From NCBI GenBank assembly GCA_016873895.1, contig VGVV01000002.1, positions 100,188-164,187 on the forward strand: DNA of 64,000 nucleotides, read 5' to 3'. The translations under genes were made by a program, and so were the position numbers. Source of the DNA: Ignavibacteria bacterium (GTDB lineage Bacteria; Bacteroidota; Ignavibacteria; Kapaibacteriales; Kapaibacteriaceae). Below, piece by piece: positions 9,268 through 19,564 of the stretch. The number at the start of each line of letters is the position of its first letter. The first letter of the stretch is position 1. The notes below the pieces were generated by a model. The model made no database searches and was not told the DNA's origin. It worked only from the letters and a program-made list of their open reading frames with translations.

Positions 9268-10121
9268 AAGGTAAAACGCACATGACATCGCACATTAATG
9301 AAACGCTGCTCAGAGATATCGATGCACATGCCAAACGGCTACGTTTTCTCTACCGCATCAAGGGATTTGGCTACGAACGGGCTATTGAGTTGCCTCTTAT
9401 CGCAAGCCATATAACAGATTCGTTTAGTCAGCCCCTTCGCTATCTCGACATTGGTACCGGGCAATCGATTTTTCCATCCTGGGTTGCCAGCAAGTCCAAC
9501 TGGGATGTAACCTGTTTGGATAAGTTTAACTGGGTTGAAAAGCAGCACGAGTATGCCACAAAACTTGGGCTCGATGCGAAGCGCTTTCATGTTGTGCTTC
9601 AGGACTTTCTCGAAGCGGAGCTAGAGCCAGAATCATTTGATGTGATCACAAATATTTCTGTGATTGAACACTTTGAAGGGGGCTTGGATTCTGTTGCAAT
9701 GGAGAAAAGTGCCCGTCTTCTCAAGCCAGGTGGTAAGTACATACTCACGACTCCGCTGAATGAGGGATATGCACGCGACTGGTTCCTGCAGCAGGATGTC
9801 TATGGTGAGAAGTTTACCACCGAGCCTGTGTTCTTTCAGCGCCACTACGATGTTGAATCATTCAAGAAGTGCATCGTTGATGTGTCCGGGCTTGAAGAAG
9901 TTGCACGCACATACTTTGGCGACTATGACGTACCATTCTTCAACGATAAGATCGTTGAACAACATGGTATCAAGAAGATTGCCCGCACGTTGCGCCAAAT
10001 TGGCACCGTAGATCATGCCCTCAAGCATGGAAGTTATCGGGATGTTCCGGTGTCGATGAAGGACATGAAGATCTACACCTCTGCCGGTGTTTGTGTTGTG
10101 CTTACAAAGCCCAAGCGCTGA
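9264..10121 (+). CDS. Class I SAM-dependent methyltransferase
   Basis: SAM-binding motif LDIGTGQS and post-I motifs (DVITNISVIEHF). Overlaps the surE stop. Confidence 0.6.
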   Translation: MKGKTHMTSHINETLLRDIDAHAKRLRFLYRIKGFGYERAIELPLIASHITDSFSQPLRYLDIGTGQSIFPSWVASKSNWDVTCLDKFNWVEKQHEYATKLGLDAKRFHVVLQDFLEAELEPESFDVITNISVIEHFEGGLDSVAMEKSARLLKPGGKYILTTPLNEGYARDWFLQQDVYGEKFTTEPVFFQRHYDVESFKKCIVDVSGLEEVARTYFGDYDVPFFNDKIVEQHGIKKIARTLRQIGTVDHALKHGSYRDVPVSMKDMKIYTSAGVCVVLTKPKR

Positions 10122-11137
10122 TAGAGATGTATAAGCTGAGTAAGTGCTTGTGAGTATGGCTGCGTAGGCTCGGGCATGTTGCCAACGGCAACCTCTTCAA
10201 TGCAGACACTAATTGCACGGGCCAGATCGGAAGCATCCTCGTTGCGAAACGTCTTGCAGCCTGCCGGACGCAACACTGTGTCGGATGCGATCGTCCAGCG
10301 TCCCAGCTCCATGGCCTCTGTTACCGTAAGCGAGGGTCCACCTTCTGTTCGTGTTGGACGTATCACGATATGCGACTCCTTGACCAAAGGGGCCAGAGGT
10401 CCATTGAGATCACTCACCAAACAGACGCGTGCGTCGAGCTTGGCCGCTTTAACAATGCGATGATACAGCGCTTGATCGCGAACCCCGCCGATAGCAATGC
10501 AGACCCCGATTCGTTGATCTGTGACCTGCTGCAGTGCTTCGAGCAACACGTCGATACCATAAAGGTCTTTACCTTCAACAGACGTAACGGCTCCTGCATT
10601 TGCGAGGATTCTGATTGGTGCTGCTCGCCATTGCTCCGGTAGGGATGTGGGTAGCATGCCGTTCGATTCCCAGTTGCTCATTGGTAGGTTGGATGGGATA
10701 ACCTTGAGCCGCTTGTGGACTACACCAAGCTCGTTCTGCAGGTCGCGCGCGGCCTCATCGCTAATGGCAACAATGGCCTCTGCGCGCTCATAGGCCTTCC
10801 GCAAATCCCGAACAATGCCTGAATTCTTGAATTCACTTCTGTGGCGGAACGAATGCACTGTTACGATATACTTGGTGCCTAGCAAACGCCAGAGCTTACT
10901 ATACAAGAGCATCCAACGAAAGTTGCCCTCGTCCGTATGGTAGTGCACCGGAGTGCGAGTGAGAAGATGCCACGGGCGCCACAACGAGACGTGTTGCAGT
11001 CCCTCCGGCATGCCTCCCAGTGAGAGTCCGTGAACACTGATACCACGCCCTCGCAATGCCTCTAACAGTCGAACACAATGGATGGCCACGCCTCCAAAGG
11101 GAGGTGGAAAGGGGCCAAGAATGTGCATCGTTTTCAT
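10073..11137 (-). CDS. Glycosyltransferase family 4/group 1
   Basis: 354-aa protein with a GT-B fold pattern: N-terminal ILGPFPPPFGGVAIH and a C-terminal EGGPSLTVTEAMELG-type motif. Confidence 0.65.
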   Translation of the reverse strand: MKTMHILGPFPPPFGGVAIHCVRLLEALRGRGISVHGLSLGGMPEGLQHVSLWRPWHLLTRTPVHYHTDEGNFRWMLLYSKLWRLLGTKYIVTVHSFRHRSEFKNSGIVRDLRKAYERAEAIVAISDEAARDLQNELGVVHKRLKVIPSNLPMSNWESNGMLPTSLPEQWRAAPIRILANAGAVTSVEGKDLYGIDVLLEALQQVTDQRIGVCIAIGGVRDQALYHRIVKAAKLDARVCLVSDLNGPLAPLVKESHIVIRPTRTEGGPSLTVTEAMELGRWTIASDTVLRPAGCKTFRNEDASDLARAISVCIEEVAVGNMPEPTQPYSQALTQLIHLYQRLGFVSTTQTPAEV

Positions 11138-12015
11138 GGAACGATTGTTGGACGCAGTGACGATGATGGATGCACAAAGACGATGTTGTCGTTCACATGC
11201 GCTGCATCCATAGGGCAGCTGCGCAGTGTGCCATACTCGTTGATGAAGTAGGGGGCATACCCCAATGTTGCCATAGACTGTTTGAACTCGGTGCAGGTTT
11301 GTCCGCGAGCCTGCTGCAAGTGATCACTCAGCTCCATGATCACAATGGGGCGATGGTGCTGCAGCACAGAGCGAGCTCCTTCGATAACGTCGACCTCAGC
11401 CCCCTCTACATCGATCTTGATAAGATCTACGGGTTGCAGAGCATGCTGACGAACAAACGAATCGAGTCGGACAGATGGAATCTCGATGAACTCTGTTGAG
11501 ACGTTTGATTCGATGTAGACAGTGCTGTGTGTACCGGCGTTACGATCACTGGACAAATAAAGCTTTAGCGCTCCATCGACCGTTGACACTGCGGTCTGGT
11601 GCAGCGTAACGTTGCTGAGCGCATTGAGAGCGATGTTCTCGCGAAACCTTGCAGCATTTTGATCTTCCGGTTCAAACGAGTGTACGATCGTCTTACTGCT
11701 GGCCGCTGTTGCCATTGCCAGCGTTAGGGATCCCATCTGCGCGCCTACGTCGAGACATACGGAGCGTGGCTTCAGCACCCGGCGCAGGAAACGTATAGTG
11801 GGCAATTCATAGTCGCCAAACACATACAAGTGAGCCTGAAGATATTCCGTGATATCAAGCCGCATGCGAATCCCGAACCGAAGCGTCGAGGTCACCATCG
11901 TGCTGCTGCGCGGAACCAGATATGGGAAATACACGCGCATCAGGATTGAGTACTTCCCGTGTTCACGAGGGTAGAGCCGGCAAATGCTCTTGAAGAGTGT
12001 GCGGATGAGCGCCAT
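11134..12015 (-). CDS. FkbM-family methyltransferase
   Basis: LDVGAQMGSLTLAMA...HSFEPEDQN...ALNAL pattern typical of FkbM (TIGR01444). Overlaps the GT4 gene by 4 nt. Confidence 0.65.
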   Translation of the reverse strand: MALIRTLFKSICRLYPREHGKYSILMRVYFPYLVPRSSTMVTSTLRFGIRMRLDITEYLQAHLYVFGDYELPTIRFLRRVLKPRSVCLDVGAQMGSLTLAMATAASSKTIVHSFEPEDQNAARFRENIALNALSNVTLHQTAVSTVDGALKLYLSSDRNAGTHSTVYIESNVSTEFIEIPSVRLDSFVRQHALQPVDLIKIDVEGAEVDVIEGARSVLQHHRPIVIMELSDHLQQARGQTCTEFKQSMATLGYAPYFINEYGTLRSCPMDAAHVNDNIVFVHPSSSLRPTIVP

Positions 12016-12062
12016 AGGGAAGCAAAGTTACAGCGCGTTTTGCTGAGACCGTTGCAGGGAAC

Positions 12063-12983
12063 TCACAAGAAACCTAGCAGCAAGGGTAATGTAAAGACCG
12101 ATACGATCGTCGAGGCCAGAATGGCTTGAGCAAGTACGTACGTGTCGAGTCCATACCTCTCGGCAAACACCATCGTAAGCATCATCGTAGGCATTGCTGT
12201 CTCGAGAATGGCACCGGTCTCAACAACTGGATCAGTGATGAGCCAGATAGTGGCCGATAACAGTATGAGTGGGACAATGATTGTGCGAATGGCAACAGCT
12301 GGAAAAACAATGAGAACATGCCGAGGATCTGGTATTCGTAGTGTTAATCCAATGCTGAACAGCATTAGCTGAGGGACAACTTTGCCAGCCGACGTGCAAG
12401 AGGTTGTTATCCACGGCGCAATAGGAATATCGAGGACATTGACGAGCATCGCGATCACGATGGTGATCATGGGCGGTAGAGTTGCAACCTGATAGAGTGC
12501 GTCGGCTATGCTCGAGCGGATGTCTGATGTGCCATAGCGAATGCAGATCATGGTCCCGACGGAGAATAGGAGCGGTGTCATTCCCAGGTAATCATACTCA
12601 ATGGGAATGTGCCGAGCCCCCTCTCCTAGCACAGCCGTTGTAATCGGCAGCCCAAGGTACATGGCATTGCACCAGGTGCCTGCAAGCATAAGAGCGCCTG
12701 CTGTAGGCAGGCCAATACGCCCCTTTAAGATCCAACCGTAGACAATGTAGGACAGGATAAGTCCCACGAGAACCGCACTAATCGAGACAGCAGGAATCGT
12801 CCAGAGATGTTCACCAATATGTACCTGACTCAGAGCACCGAAGGTAAGCAGCGGTATGAAGACGTTCAACACGATTGAGCCGATTACACGGCGAACTTCG
12901 GCGGCCGCAATTGCATCCGGGACGAAGCGATAGAGTACGCCGCATGCAAGTGGTATGCCGAGTTGTAGGAAGGCATCGAACAT
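12063..12983 (-). CDS. AEC (auxin efflux carrier/malate permease) family transporter
   Basis: Polytopic membrane protein about 306 aa with likely start MFDAFLQLGIPL. The AEC-family two-half topology is inferred from hydrophobic segment spacing. Confidence 0.55.
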   Translation of the reverse strand: MFDAFLQLGIPLACGVLYRFVPDAIAAAEVRRVIGSIVLNVFIPLLTFGALSQVHIGEHLWTIPAVSISAVLVGLILSYIVYGWILKGRIGLPTAGALMLAGTWCNAMYLGLPITTAVLGEGARHIPIEYDYLGMTPLLFSVGTMICIRYGTSDIRSSIADALYQVATLPPMITIVIAMLVNVLDIPIAPWITTSCTSAGKVVPQLMLFSIGLTLRIPDPRHVLIVFPAVAIRTIIVPLILLSATIWLITDPVVETGAILETAMPTMMLTMVFAERYGLDTYVLAQAILASTIVSVFTLPLLLGFL

Positions 12984-13079
12984 GGCGCAATCTACGAGCA
13001 ATTCACACTTTGGTGTTGTAAACGCACTGAGAAAGAGAAAGGTGGATGTTTGATGAACTAACTATTTGGAGACGATCTC

Positions 13080-13829
13080 ATGAATATTCGTGTTTGTGTT
13101 GCCATGTCTGCTCAATCAGAGCAGAAATTATTTTCTAAGCTGTTGCCATCATCAACAGATGGCATTCATGTAGTTGCTCGTCTGAGGGAAAACAAGCAAC
13201 TACGTGCAGAGCTTGCCAGCTGTATGGATGCTGTGGATCTGGTTCTGTATGAGCCCAATGCAGACGACGGAGCGAGCCTTGACCTGTGGTGTGATTCTCA
13301 GACCGAGGCTCAGCTGTGTTGCTTGTGTTCCGGGCCCGAGCAGGCTCTCGAGTGCTTGCAAGCAGGAGCGATGTTTGTTCTGTTTGATACTTCTACCGCG
13401 ATAGATGTTGATGTTGCCATACGACGTTGTAAACGCGTGTTGCAATCTCGGTCGCGCCAGATGATAGCCAGATCACCTGAGCCTGCTTATACACCAGAGG
13501 TAATAGCGCTTCCGCATATGCATGGTATTGAAGTTCGCGCATGCGAGTCCATTGTTCACGTTGAAGGCCAGGGTAACTACACATATGTTGTCTTTGCACG
13601 AGAGCCTAGGCTGTTGCTCTCGAGAACAATTGGAGATTACGAGGACGTGCTCGGTGGCGCTGGCTTTCTGCGTGTTCACAGAAGCCACATAGTAAACATG
13701 AAGCATGTTCGCCGAATTGTTCCGGGAAAGACACCAAGGCTGGTGCTCTCTAATGGCGATGTAGTATCTGTATCCGATCGGTATAAGGGGATACTGCTGC
13801 GCAAGCTGAATGTTGTAAAACGCAAGTAG
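13080..13829 (+). CDS. LytTR-family DNA-binding regulator with a degenerate (pseudo-)receiver N-terminal domain
   Basis: C-terminal LytTR motif FLRVHRSHIVNMKHVRRI. The N-terminal region is receiver-like but lacks the acidic pair, and the phosphoacceptor position reads DLVLYEP (Glu in place of Asp). Confidence 0.6.
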   Translation: MNIRVCVAMSAQSEQKLFSKLLPSSTDGIHVVARLRENKQLRAELASCMDAVDLVLYEPNADDGASLDLWCDSQTEAQLCCLCSGPEQALECLQAGAMFVLFDTSTAIDVDVAIRRCKRVLQSRSRQMIARSPEPAYTPEVIALPHMHGIEVRACESIVHVEGQGNYTYVVFAREPRLLLSRTIGDYEDVLGGAGFLRVHRSHIVNMKHVRRIVPGKTPRLVLSNGDVVSVSDRYKGILLRKLNVVKRK

Positions 13830-13832
13830 AGG

Positions 13833-15671
13833 TCAGCAATTCTGTCTAATGAACAAGCGAAGCATTGCAGCACGCCAAATAAAGAGAGCATGTTTGGTGT
13901 CGCCGTTGCGGTATGCTTGCAGCATTTCCTGCAGCTTGGGAACATTCACGAAGCTGTCAATCTCGTTCCATGATCCATCAATCGTGTAAGACAAAGCCCC
14001 CTTCAACCACTTGACATGACCCGGCGTGATAAAGCCTGTTTTATCCTTACGATCAAGGATTTCATTCGGAACGATACCTCGCATTGCTGCACGCAGAACG
14101 CGTTTGGTTTCGCCCCTGAAGATCTTGTCCTCTGTAGGCATGCTAAAGGCTAGATTAACGAGGCGGTGGTCGAGAAACGGCACGCGCGATTCGATACTGA
14201 AGGCCATCGAATTGATATCTTCTGTGTGCAGCAGTGTTGGAAGCAATGTTACACGAAGCAGATTATGCAGAAAGTCGTTTAGTCTGCATGAATGCGGCGT
14301 TGATAGACGAAGCGGATACGAGCCGGCTCCCTGCCGCATGATCCACGGATACGTGTGTTGGAATTCGGTCTCATAGAGGGACTGCTCGCCCCGTGATGCA
14401 GCGAGGATGCTTTTCGCCAGAATATTGAGTTTCTTCGAAGATGTATAGCCTTGTCTGGCAGAATGCGTTTGCAGCTCTTTGTATGCGTCTGCGTATCTGC
14501 CTTCTTTAATGTAGCCTCCAATAACTCGGTAGAGTGAATGCATGTAACCACCCAGCATCTCATCGGATCCTTGGCCATCAAGGACAACCTTGACACCGTG
14601 ACTGGCTGCCAGCCCCATGACAAAGTACTGCGAGATATACGACGACGAAGGCATTGGTGCATTCATCAGTCCAACAATCGTGTCGAGAGCCTGGGCTACA
14701 TCGGTGTCTGTTGGAGATATTTCATGAGAGCGTATTTGTGGATAGCGTGCCAAGAGATGTTGAATGTATGGCCGCTCATCAACGTCTCCTGTGCCAGTGT
14801 AGTATGCAGTGAAGGCGCGAACCTCGTGTTCCGAAGTTGAGGAGGCCAGAACTGCTGAAATAGACGTTGAGTCTAGACCGCCACTTAGGCATACGCCCAT
14901 CGGTACATCTCGACGGGACGTGATGCGTATTGAATCGATAAAGAGATCGCGGAATTGCTCGACGTTCTCTTCGAATGTGTTTGTTGGATTCTCGCTACTA
15001 ACTACATCGGCATACTGCCAAATCCGCAGCGCACCGTTTTTCCATTCAAGATTATGGGACGCCGGGAGCGCTAGGATGTCGTTAAAGTAGGTCTCCTCCC
15101 AGTGATGCATCCAACCAAGGTAGAGTCCACGAGCAACCTGTGCCTCGTTGAAGCCGCCACGAAATAGCGGTGTGGTTTTGAGCGCCTTGATCTCTGAAGC
15201 CAGATACAGCCGCTGATCGCGCATGGAATAATGGAATGGCTTGATTCCAAAGCGGTCACGGGAGCAAAAAAGAGTTCGATTGGCCTCGTCCCAGATGGCA
15301 AATGCCCACATCCCAATAAATCGTTCAACTGCCTGATATCCCCAGTGTGAAATGGCAGTAAGAACAACCTCGGTATCACCACTGGTAGCAAAGGTGTAGC
15401 CGGCCTCCTGCAATTCTTCACGAAGTTCAACGTAGTTATAAATTTCGCCGTTGAACGAAATCGTTAAACTGTCCCTCGTCATTGGTTGATGAGAGGCTGC
15501 TGAGAGATCGAGAATGCTTAGCCTATTGTGTCCAAGAAAGACATTTTTGGATTGCCACGTGCCACGATGGTCGGGTCCGCGGTGTCCCATTGCAGCGAGC
15601 ATAGCCGAGCCTGCTTGCAGCAGATCGTCGGCTGATCGTTGCGCGTCTATAATTCCTGCTATGCCACACAT
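13833..15671 (-). CDS. asnB: Asparagine synthase (glutamine-hydrolysing) family amidotransferase
   Basis: MCGIAGI N-terminal nucleophile Cys2, glutaminase domain, and the SGGLDSS PP-loop. Confidence 0.85.
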   Translation of the reverse strand: MCGIAGIIDAQRSADDLLQAGSAMLAAMGHRGPDHRGTWQSKNVFLGHNRLSILDLSAASHQPMTRDSLTISFNGEIYNYVELREELQEAGYTFATSGDTEVVLTAISHWGYQAVERFIGMWAFAIWDEANRTLFCSRDRFGIKPFHYSMRDQRLYLASEIKALKTTPLFRGGFNEAQVARGLYLGWMHHWEETYFNDILALPASHNLEWKNGALRIWQYADVVSSENPTNTFEENVEQFRDLFIDSIRITSRRDVPMGVCLSGGLDSTSISAVLASSTSEHEVRAFTAYYTGTGDVDERPYIQHLLARYPQIRSHEISPTDTDVAQALDTIVGLMNAPMPSSSYISQYFVMGLAASHGVKVVLDGQGSDEMLGGYMHSLYRVIGGYIKEGRYADAYKELQTHSARQGYTSSKKLNILAKSILAASRGEQSLYETEFQHTYPWIMRQGAGSYPLRLSTPHSCRLNDFLHNLLRVTLLPTLLHTEDINSMAFSIESRVPFLDHRLVNLAFSMPTEDKIFRGETKRVLRAAMRGIVPNEILDRKDKTGFITPGHVKWLKGALSYTIDGSWNEIDSFVNVPKLQEMLQAYRNGDTKHALFIWRAAMLRLFIRQNC

Positions 15672-15701
15672 GAGTGTCGAATCTACGGAATGCGCTAGTT
15701 T

Positions 15702-17438
15702 GTGGTGATGAAGTTGCTCTGGAAACTGCGAATCTTGCTAGGCCCGGTACGTCCATTTCTTGGTCGAAAGATCATAGATGGGATCGTGATTGCTCTAGAT
15801 CGGCTGCGGCTAGGCCGAGGATCAACAATTGCAATACACGAGGGCTTGTCTACCAATGCCGGTGTCTTCCCTCTGCCCTCTGCTGATTGGTTTCAGCGTT
15901 ATTCTGCTGATGTAGTATCATTTGCGCGTCAGATGCGCCAAGGCAAAGTCAATGCCTATGGAATTACGAACTGGAAGGTAGGCGACGACGATCCCCTTGG
16001 TGTTGACGTGCGGTCTACCCATGAACTAAGCAGAATGCATCACTGGTGTGCCTATGCTCTGGCAGTGCATATCGAACCGGAGAGAGCTGATGTTTGGTGT
16101 TCTGCATTCGAACATGAGCTGCGGTTGTTCGCCTCAACCTACACCAAGAGAAGCGTTCATTGGCGTTTTCCAATGGGTACTGCCATTCGTGTGTTCTCCA
16201 TGCTGGTTGCCTGGGATTGGATCAGGCGCAGCGGTTACGAGAATGCAGACACGGATAGATTTGTAGCAGCATGTGCGGCAGAGCATGGCATGCAGGTATA
16301 TCTGCATCGAGAGTCCAAGGGTGGGCTCTCAACATCGCACTTCGTTGCCAATCTTCTTGGGCTTGCGGCTGTAGAGGCGTATGTGCAGGGTAATCGTTCG
16401 TTGGCAAAATTATCTCGATACACACAAAAAGTGCTCGAACGCGAGGCGCAGCGGCAGATTTTACCCGACGGTATGGTGCAGGAAGCAAGCACCGGATACC
16501 ATCGCCAGGTGATAGACTTGTTTGTCATGATCGCAGTCTTGCGTCGTGGCGCAGGTAAGAATCTCTCAGCTTCTTTCCATGATGCTTTATCAAGGGGGCT
16601 TGCAGCACTTGATACGTTAGAGTCTATCGGAATGCCCCTGATAGGCGACAATGACGATGGTATGGCGCTCAAGCTTACGGGGTATGCTCCGCGTACAGAT
16701 ACAACACGCTACTACGCTCGCTACCTTGGGCTGGAAGCTGGTGCCTTGCACAACTGGACTTCCTACCCTGATTTTGGATTGGATATTTGGAGGGGTAGTC
16801 TGGGAGTTACCTTACGCAATGGATCAGTAGGACAATTCGGCAAGGGTGGGCACGCTCATCATGATCAAAATTCGATAACGGTTCGCTGTGATGGGCATCC
16901 GATTATTATCGATCCCGGTACGTCATTGTACACGTTCTCAGCAGCGGTACGAAATACAGAGCGCAGCGTACAGTTCCATAGCACAATGTGGCCAGCTGAC
17001 CAGGATCAGGGATACATGTATCGTGAACAGGATGGTTTGTTCTGGTTACCAGCGTTTGATCTACGAAGCGGTGTTTCGATGCGCAGCGAAACGCGATGGT
17101 ATGGAGAAGTCCATCATCGAAGCTCACTCGTGCATGCACGAGACGTAACAATCCAACCGCATGGCAGCATCATCTCTTGCATCGATACACTCCGCAGGGG
17201 CAGAAAAAATCCCATCAATGGCGAGCTCGTATTTGTGCTTGCCCCAGATATTCAGGTGCGTATGGCACATGATCATGCGGCACTCTCTGTAGGTGATACT
17301 CAGGTAATGCTGGAGTGGCAGGGGGCTTCGGGTTCCAGCCGAAAGCTGGTAACTGCCCCACGGTTCGCTCAAACAAGAGAATCAACAGCAATCGTATTAA
17401 GCGGAAATACCATCTCATGGCGGCTTCGCAGGAGCTAA
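15702..17438 (+). CDS. Heparinase II/III-like family protein (polysaccharide lyase-like)
   Basis: C-terminal GKGGHAHHDQNSITV...IIIDPGTSLYT motif characteristic of the Hepar_II_III domain. 578 aa. Confidence 0.6.
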   Translation: MVMKLLWKLRILLGPVRPFLGRKIIDGIVIALDRLRLGRGSTIAIHEGLSTNAGVFPLPSADWFQRYSADVVSFARQMRQGKVNAYGITNWKVGDDDPLGVDVRSTHELSRMHHWCAYALAVHIEPERADVWCSAFEHELRLFASTYTKRSVHWRFPMGTAIRVFSMLVAWDWIRRSGYENADTDRFVAACAAEHGMQVYLHRESKGGLSTSHFVANLLGLAAVEAYVQGNRSLAKLSRYTQKVLEREAQRQILPDGMVQEASTGYHRQVIDLFVMIAVLRRGAGKNLSASFHDALSRGLAALDTLESIGMPLIGDNDDGMALKLTGYAPRTDTTRYYARYLGLEAGALHNWTSYPDFGLDIWRGSLGVTLRNGSVGQFGKGGHAHHDQNSITVRCDGHPIIIDPGTSLYTFSAAVRNTERSVQFHSTMWPADQDQGYMYREQDGLFWLPAFDLRSGVSMRSETRWYGEVHHRSSLVHARDVTIQPHGSIISCIDTLRRGRKNPINGELVFVLAPDIQVRMAHDHAALSVGDTQVMLEWQGASGSSRKLVTAPRFAQTRESTAIVLSGNTISWRLRRS

Positions 17439-17447
17439 ATTCGTAGC

Positions 17448-18782
17448 ATGAAGCTCTCAGAGCACCTAGGAAAGATATCGTGGTCACTAGCCGACAAACT
17501 TCTTTACGTTGGTTACGGCTTTGTGCAGTTCATGCAAATCAATGCGCTGCATGCAGGTAATGCAGGTAATCTTAAACTGGCCACTACTACATATGGCATC
17601 TTCACGCTTGTGGTTACGCTGAACACATGGATTACCATGGTTGCCGATGGCTCGGCACTAGCTGGAATCATTCAGTTCGGGGTGAGACGTGAGGATCGCA
17701 AACGTGTAAACATGCTGGCGGTAACGATCTACGCCGTCATCGTCCTTTTGAGCAGTGTATTCTTCTACTCCACAGCCAGCATCATCGAGCATTCGTTCGG
17801 CATTCAGGATTTTACTGTTGTTGCCACGTGGCTGCCGATATACCTTGTAGTAACAATGCCTCGAATGGTCTGCATGAAGTTGCTCTTAAGAGATATGGGG
17901 ATGAGTAAGATCTTCTTTGCTGACCTAGTCTGGTTTGGAGTGCGCACACTCATGACCATTATGGCGATGAACGATAATGCACTTGTGAACCTCGAAGACA
18001 TTCTGATGATAGACCTCGTTGGTATGGCGTCTTGCTCGGTTGTGATGATGCTGTTAACGCTAAAGGAGCTGGAGTTTTCATGGACCGGTGGCATGTCACT
18101 TGGTACATACCTTCGATATGGAGTGCCCCTTTCACTTGCAGGCGCACTCAGTACTGCGCCCCGCATGCTTGATGTGTATATCATTGCCGCATTTTTCGGT
18201 GTAGGTGTTGTGGGCATTTACAATCCGGCGAAGAATCTTTACAGAATATTCGAGCAGGCATATGATGCAGTTGTAACGTTGCTCTATCCAGCTGCTGTGC
18301 GGATGTTTAGTCAAAACCGAATGTCGGATCTGCAGATACTTATTACCAAGGTAATCAGCTTCACACTTTTACCAACCGCAGTTGCTGTGGTTGCTCTCGA
18401 ATCAGGCCTAGGGGCATTCTTGATCAATTTTCTGCTCCCGAAGTACAATGCAGTGGTAGGCCATTTTAATGTGCTAACGATCGCAGCTCTCGCGATGCCC
18501 TTTGGCCTGATGGCAGGAATCATCCAGGCTATGGGCCGCAGCAGTGCCTTAGTGCTGTATTCAGCCATTAGCGTTGCGTCGTCATTCCTCGTGCTAACAG
18601 TCATTGGGTATGCCAATAAACTCGAGTGGATTGGACTTGGCCTTGTCACCTACACGGTAGTATCTGGTGCGCTGTACATGAACCATGTCCGGCGGGAGAT
18701 TCATGTGCCGATGAGCGCTATTCTAAGCACACTAGGTGATGTGAAGCGAATGGCTCTTACTCGATTGGGAGGCAGAAGATAA
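17448..18782 (+). CDS. wzx: Oligosaccharide flippase (Wzx/MOP superfamily polysaccharide biosynthesis protein)
   Basis: 444-aa protein with an estimated 12 or more TM segments and polysaccharide-biosynthesis-protein N-terminal conservation (LLYVGYGFVQFMQINAL). Confidence 0.65.
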   Translation: MKLSEHLGKISWSLADKLLYVGYGFVQFMQINALHAGNAGNLKLATTTYGIFTLVVTLNTWITMVADGSALAGIIQFGVRREDRKRVNMLAVTIYAVIVLLSSVFFYSTASIIEHSFGIQDFTVVATWLPIYLVVTMPRMVCMKLLLRDMGMSKIFFADLVWFGVRTLMTIMAMNDNALVNLEDILMIDLVGMASCSVVMMLLTLKELEFSWTGGMSLGTYLRYGVPLSLAGALSTAPRMLDVYIIAAFFGVGVVGIYNPAKNLYRIFEQAYDAVVTLLYPAAVRMFSQNRMSDLQILITKVISFTLLPTAVAVVALESGLGAFLINFLLPKYNAVVGHFNVLTIAALAMPFGLMAGIIQAMGRSSALVLYSAISVASSFLVLTVIGYANKLEWIGLGLVTYTVVSGALYMNHVRREIHVPMSAILSTLGDVKRMALTRLGGRR

Positions 18783-19564
18783 TGTGGCTACATCTACTTC
18801 GCATCAGACGAGCACTTCGGTACCGGCCCATGGAGTGGATACTCAAGGCGCTCTTGCTGGCAGGATGCTTCATCGTGCTTGCTGGATGTTGGTGGTTTGC
18901 CACTTCTGTCTTAATCGATACGGGCGTTCAGGCATCGCAGGTGCGGATTGACGTCTTGATAACACCTAAAGCGGATGTTTCCCAGATGCAGCAGTGTGTA
19001 AGGCTACTGCGAAACAGAGATGATATCTTGGTGGTGCGTCTGCTGGATTCACGTGCCGTGTGGTCCATGTTTCAGCAGGAGCTTGGCATGCAGGCAGGGG
19101 GCTTGTCCGATATCGCATCTATGCCGTCGGTTGTGCAGCTGCAACTTCAACCAGCCCACGCATCACTGGCAACTGCTGAGTTGGTACGCAATACGGTGAA
19201 GTCTAGGTACGCGTCGATTGTTGACCGCGTACTCATTCCTACCGAGGCCTTTGCTGAGTACGATAAAAGTAGGCTTGACGTTTCCTCTGCCCGTATTGCG
19301 GGCTCGGGTGTGCTCTTCCTAGTCGTGCTCATCGTATCCTTCTGGCTCTCGGGTAGTTTTGCTGCTGCAATTCTGGCGCACCATGCAAGTCCGTCGATGG
19401 GGCAGGCCCCACGCTGGGGTATGGTTAGCGTTATAGGGCTCACAGTAGGTGTTTCAATTCTGGCCATTGGATTGGGCCTTGTGTGCCTTGTAGCAATTTC
19501 GGATGCTGTGGGTGACCATGTGGGCTGGTTGGTGCCTTTTCTTGACGTGGTCCGTGTGCAGTGA
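18782..19564 (+). CDS. FtsX-like membrane protein (hypothetical)
   Basis: Basic N-terminus, TM1, about 140-aa extracytoplasmic domain, then 2-3 TM segments. Translationally coupled on both sides (ATAATG with wzx, GTGA with lptF/G). Confidence 0.4.
   Translation: MWLHLLRIRRALRYRPMEWILKALLLAGCFIVLAGCWWFATSVLIDTGVQASQVRIDVLITPKADVSQMQQCVRLLRNRDDILVVRLLDSRAVWSMFQQELGMQAGGLSDIASMPSVVQLQLQPAHASLATAELVRNTVKSRYASIVDRVLIPTEAFAEYDKSRLDVSSARIAGSGVLFLVVLIVSFWLSGSFAAAILAHHASPSMGQAPRWGMVSVIGLTVGVSILAIGLGLVCLVAISDAVGDHVGWLVPFLDVVRVQ

Noticed and set aside
18782-19564. Calling the 260-aa protein a bona fide FtsX cell-division permease
   Set aside because: Only the N-terminal topology and a periplasmic-domain length resemble FtsX. 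The C-terminal TM pair is truncated and there is no adjacent ftsE, so it is kept as an FtsX-like hypothetical.
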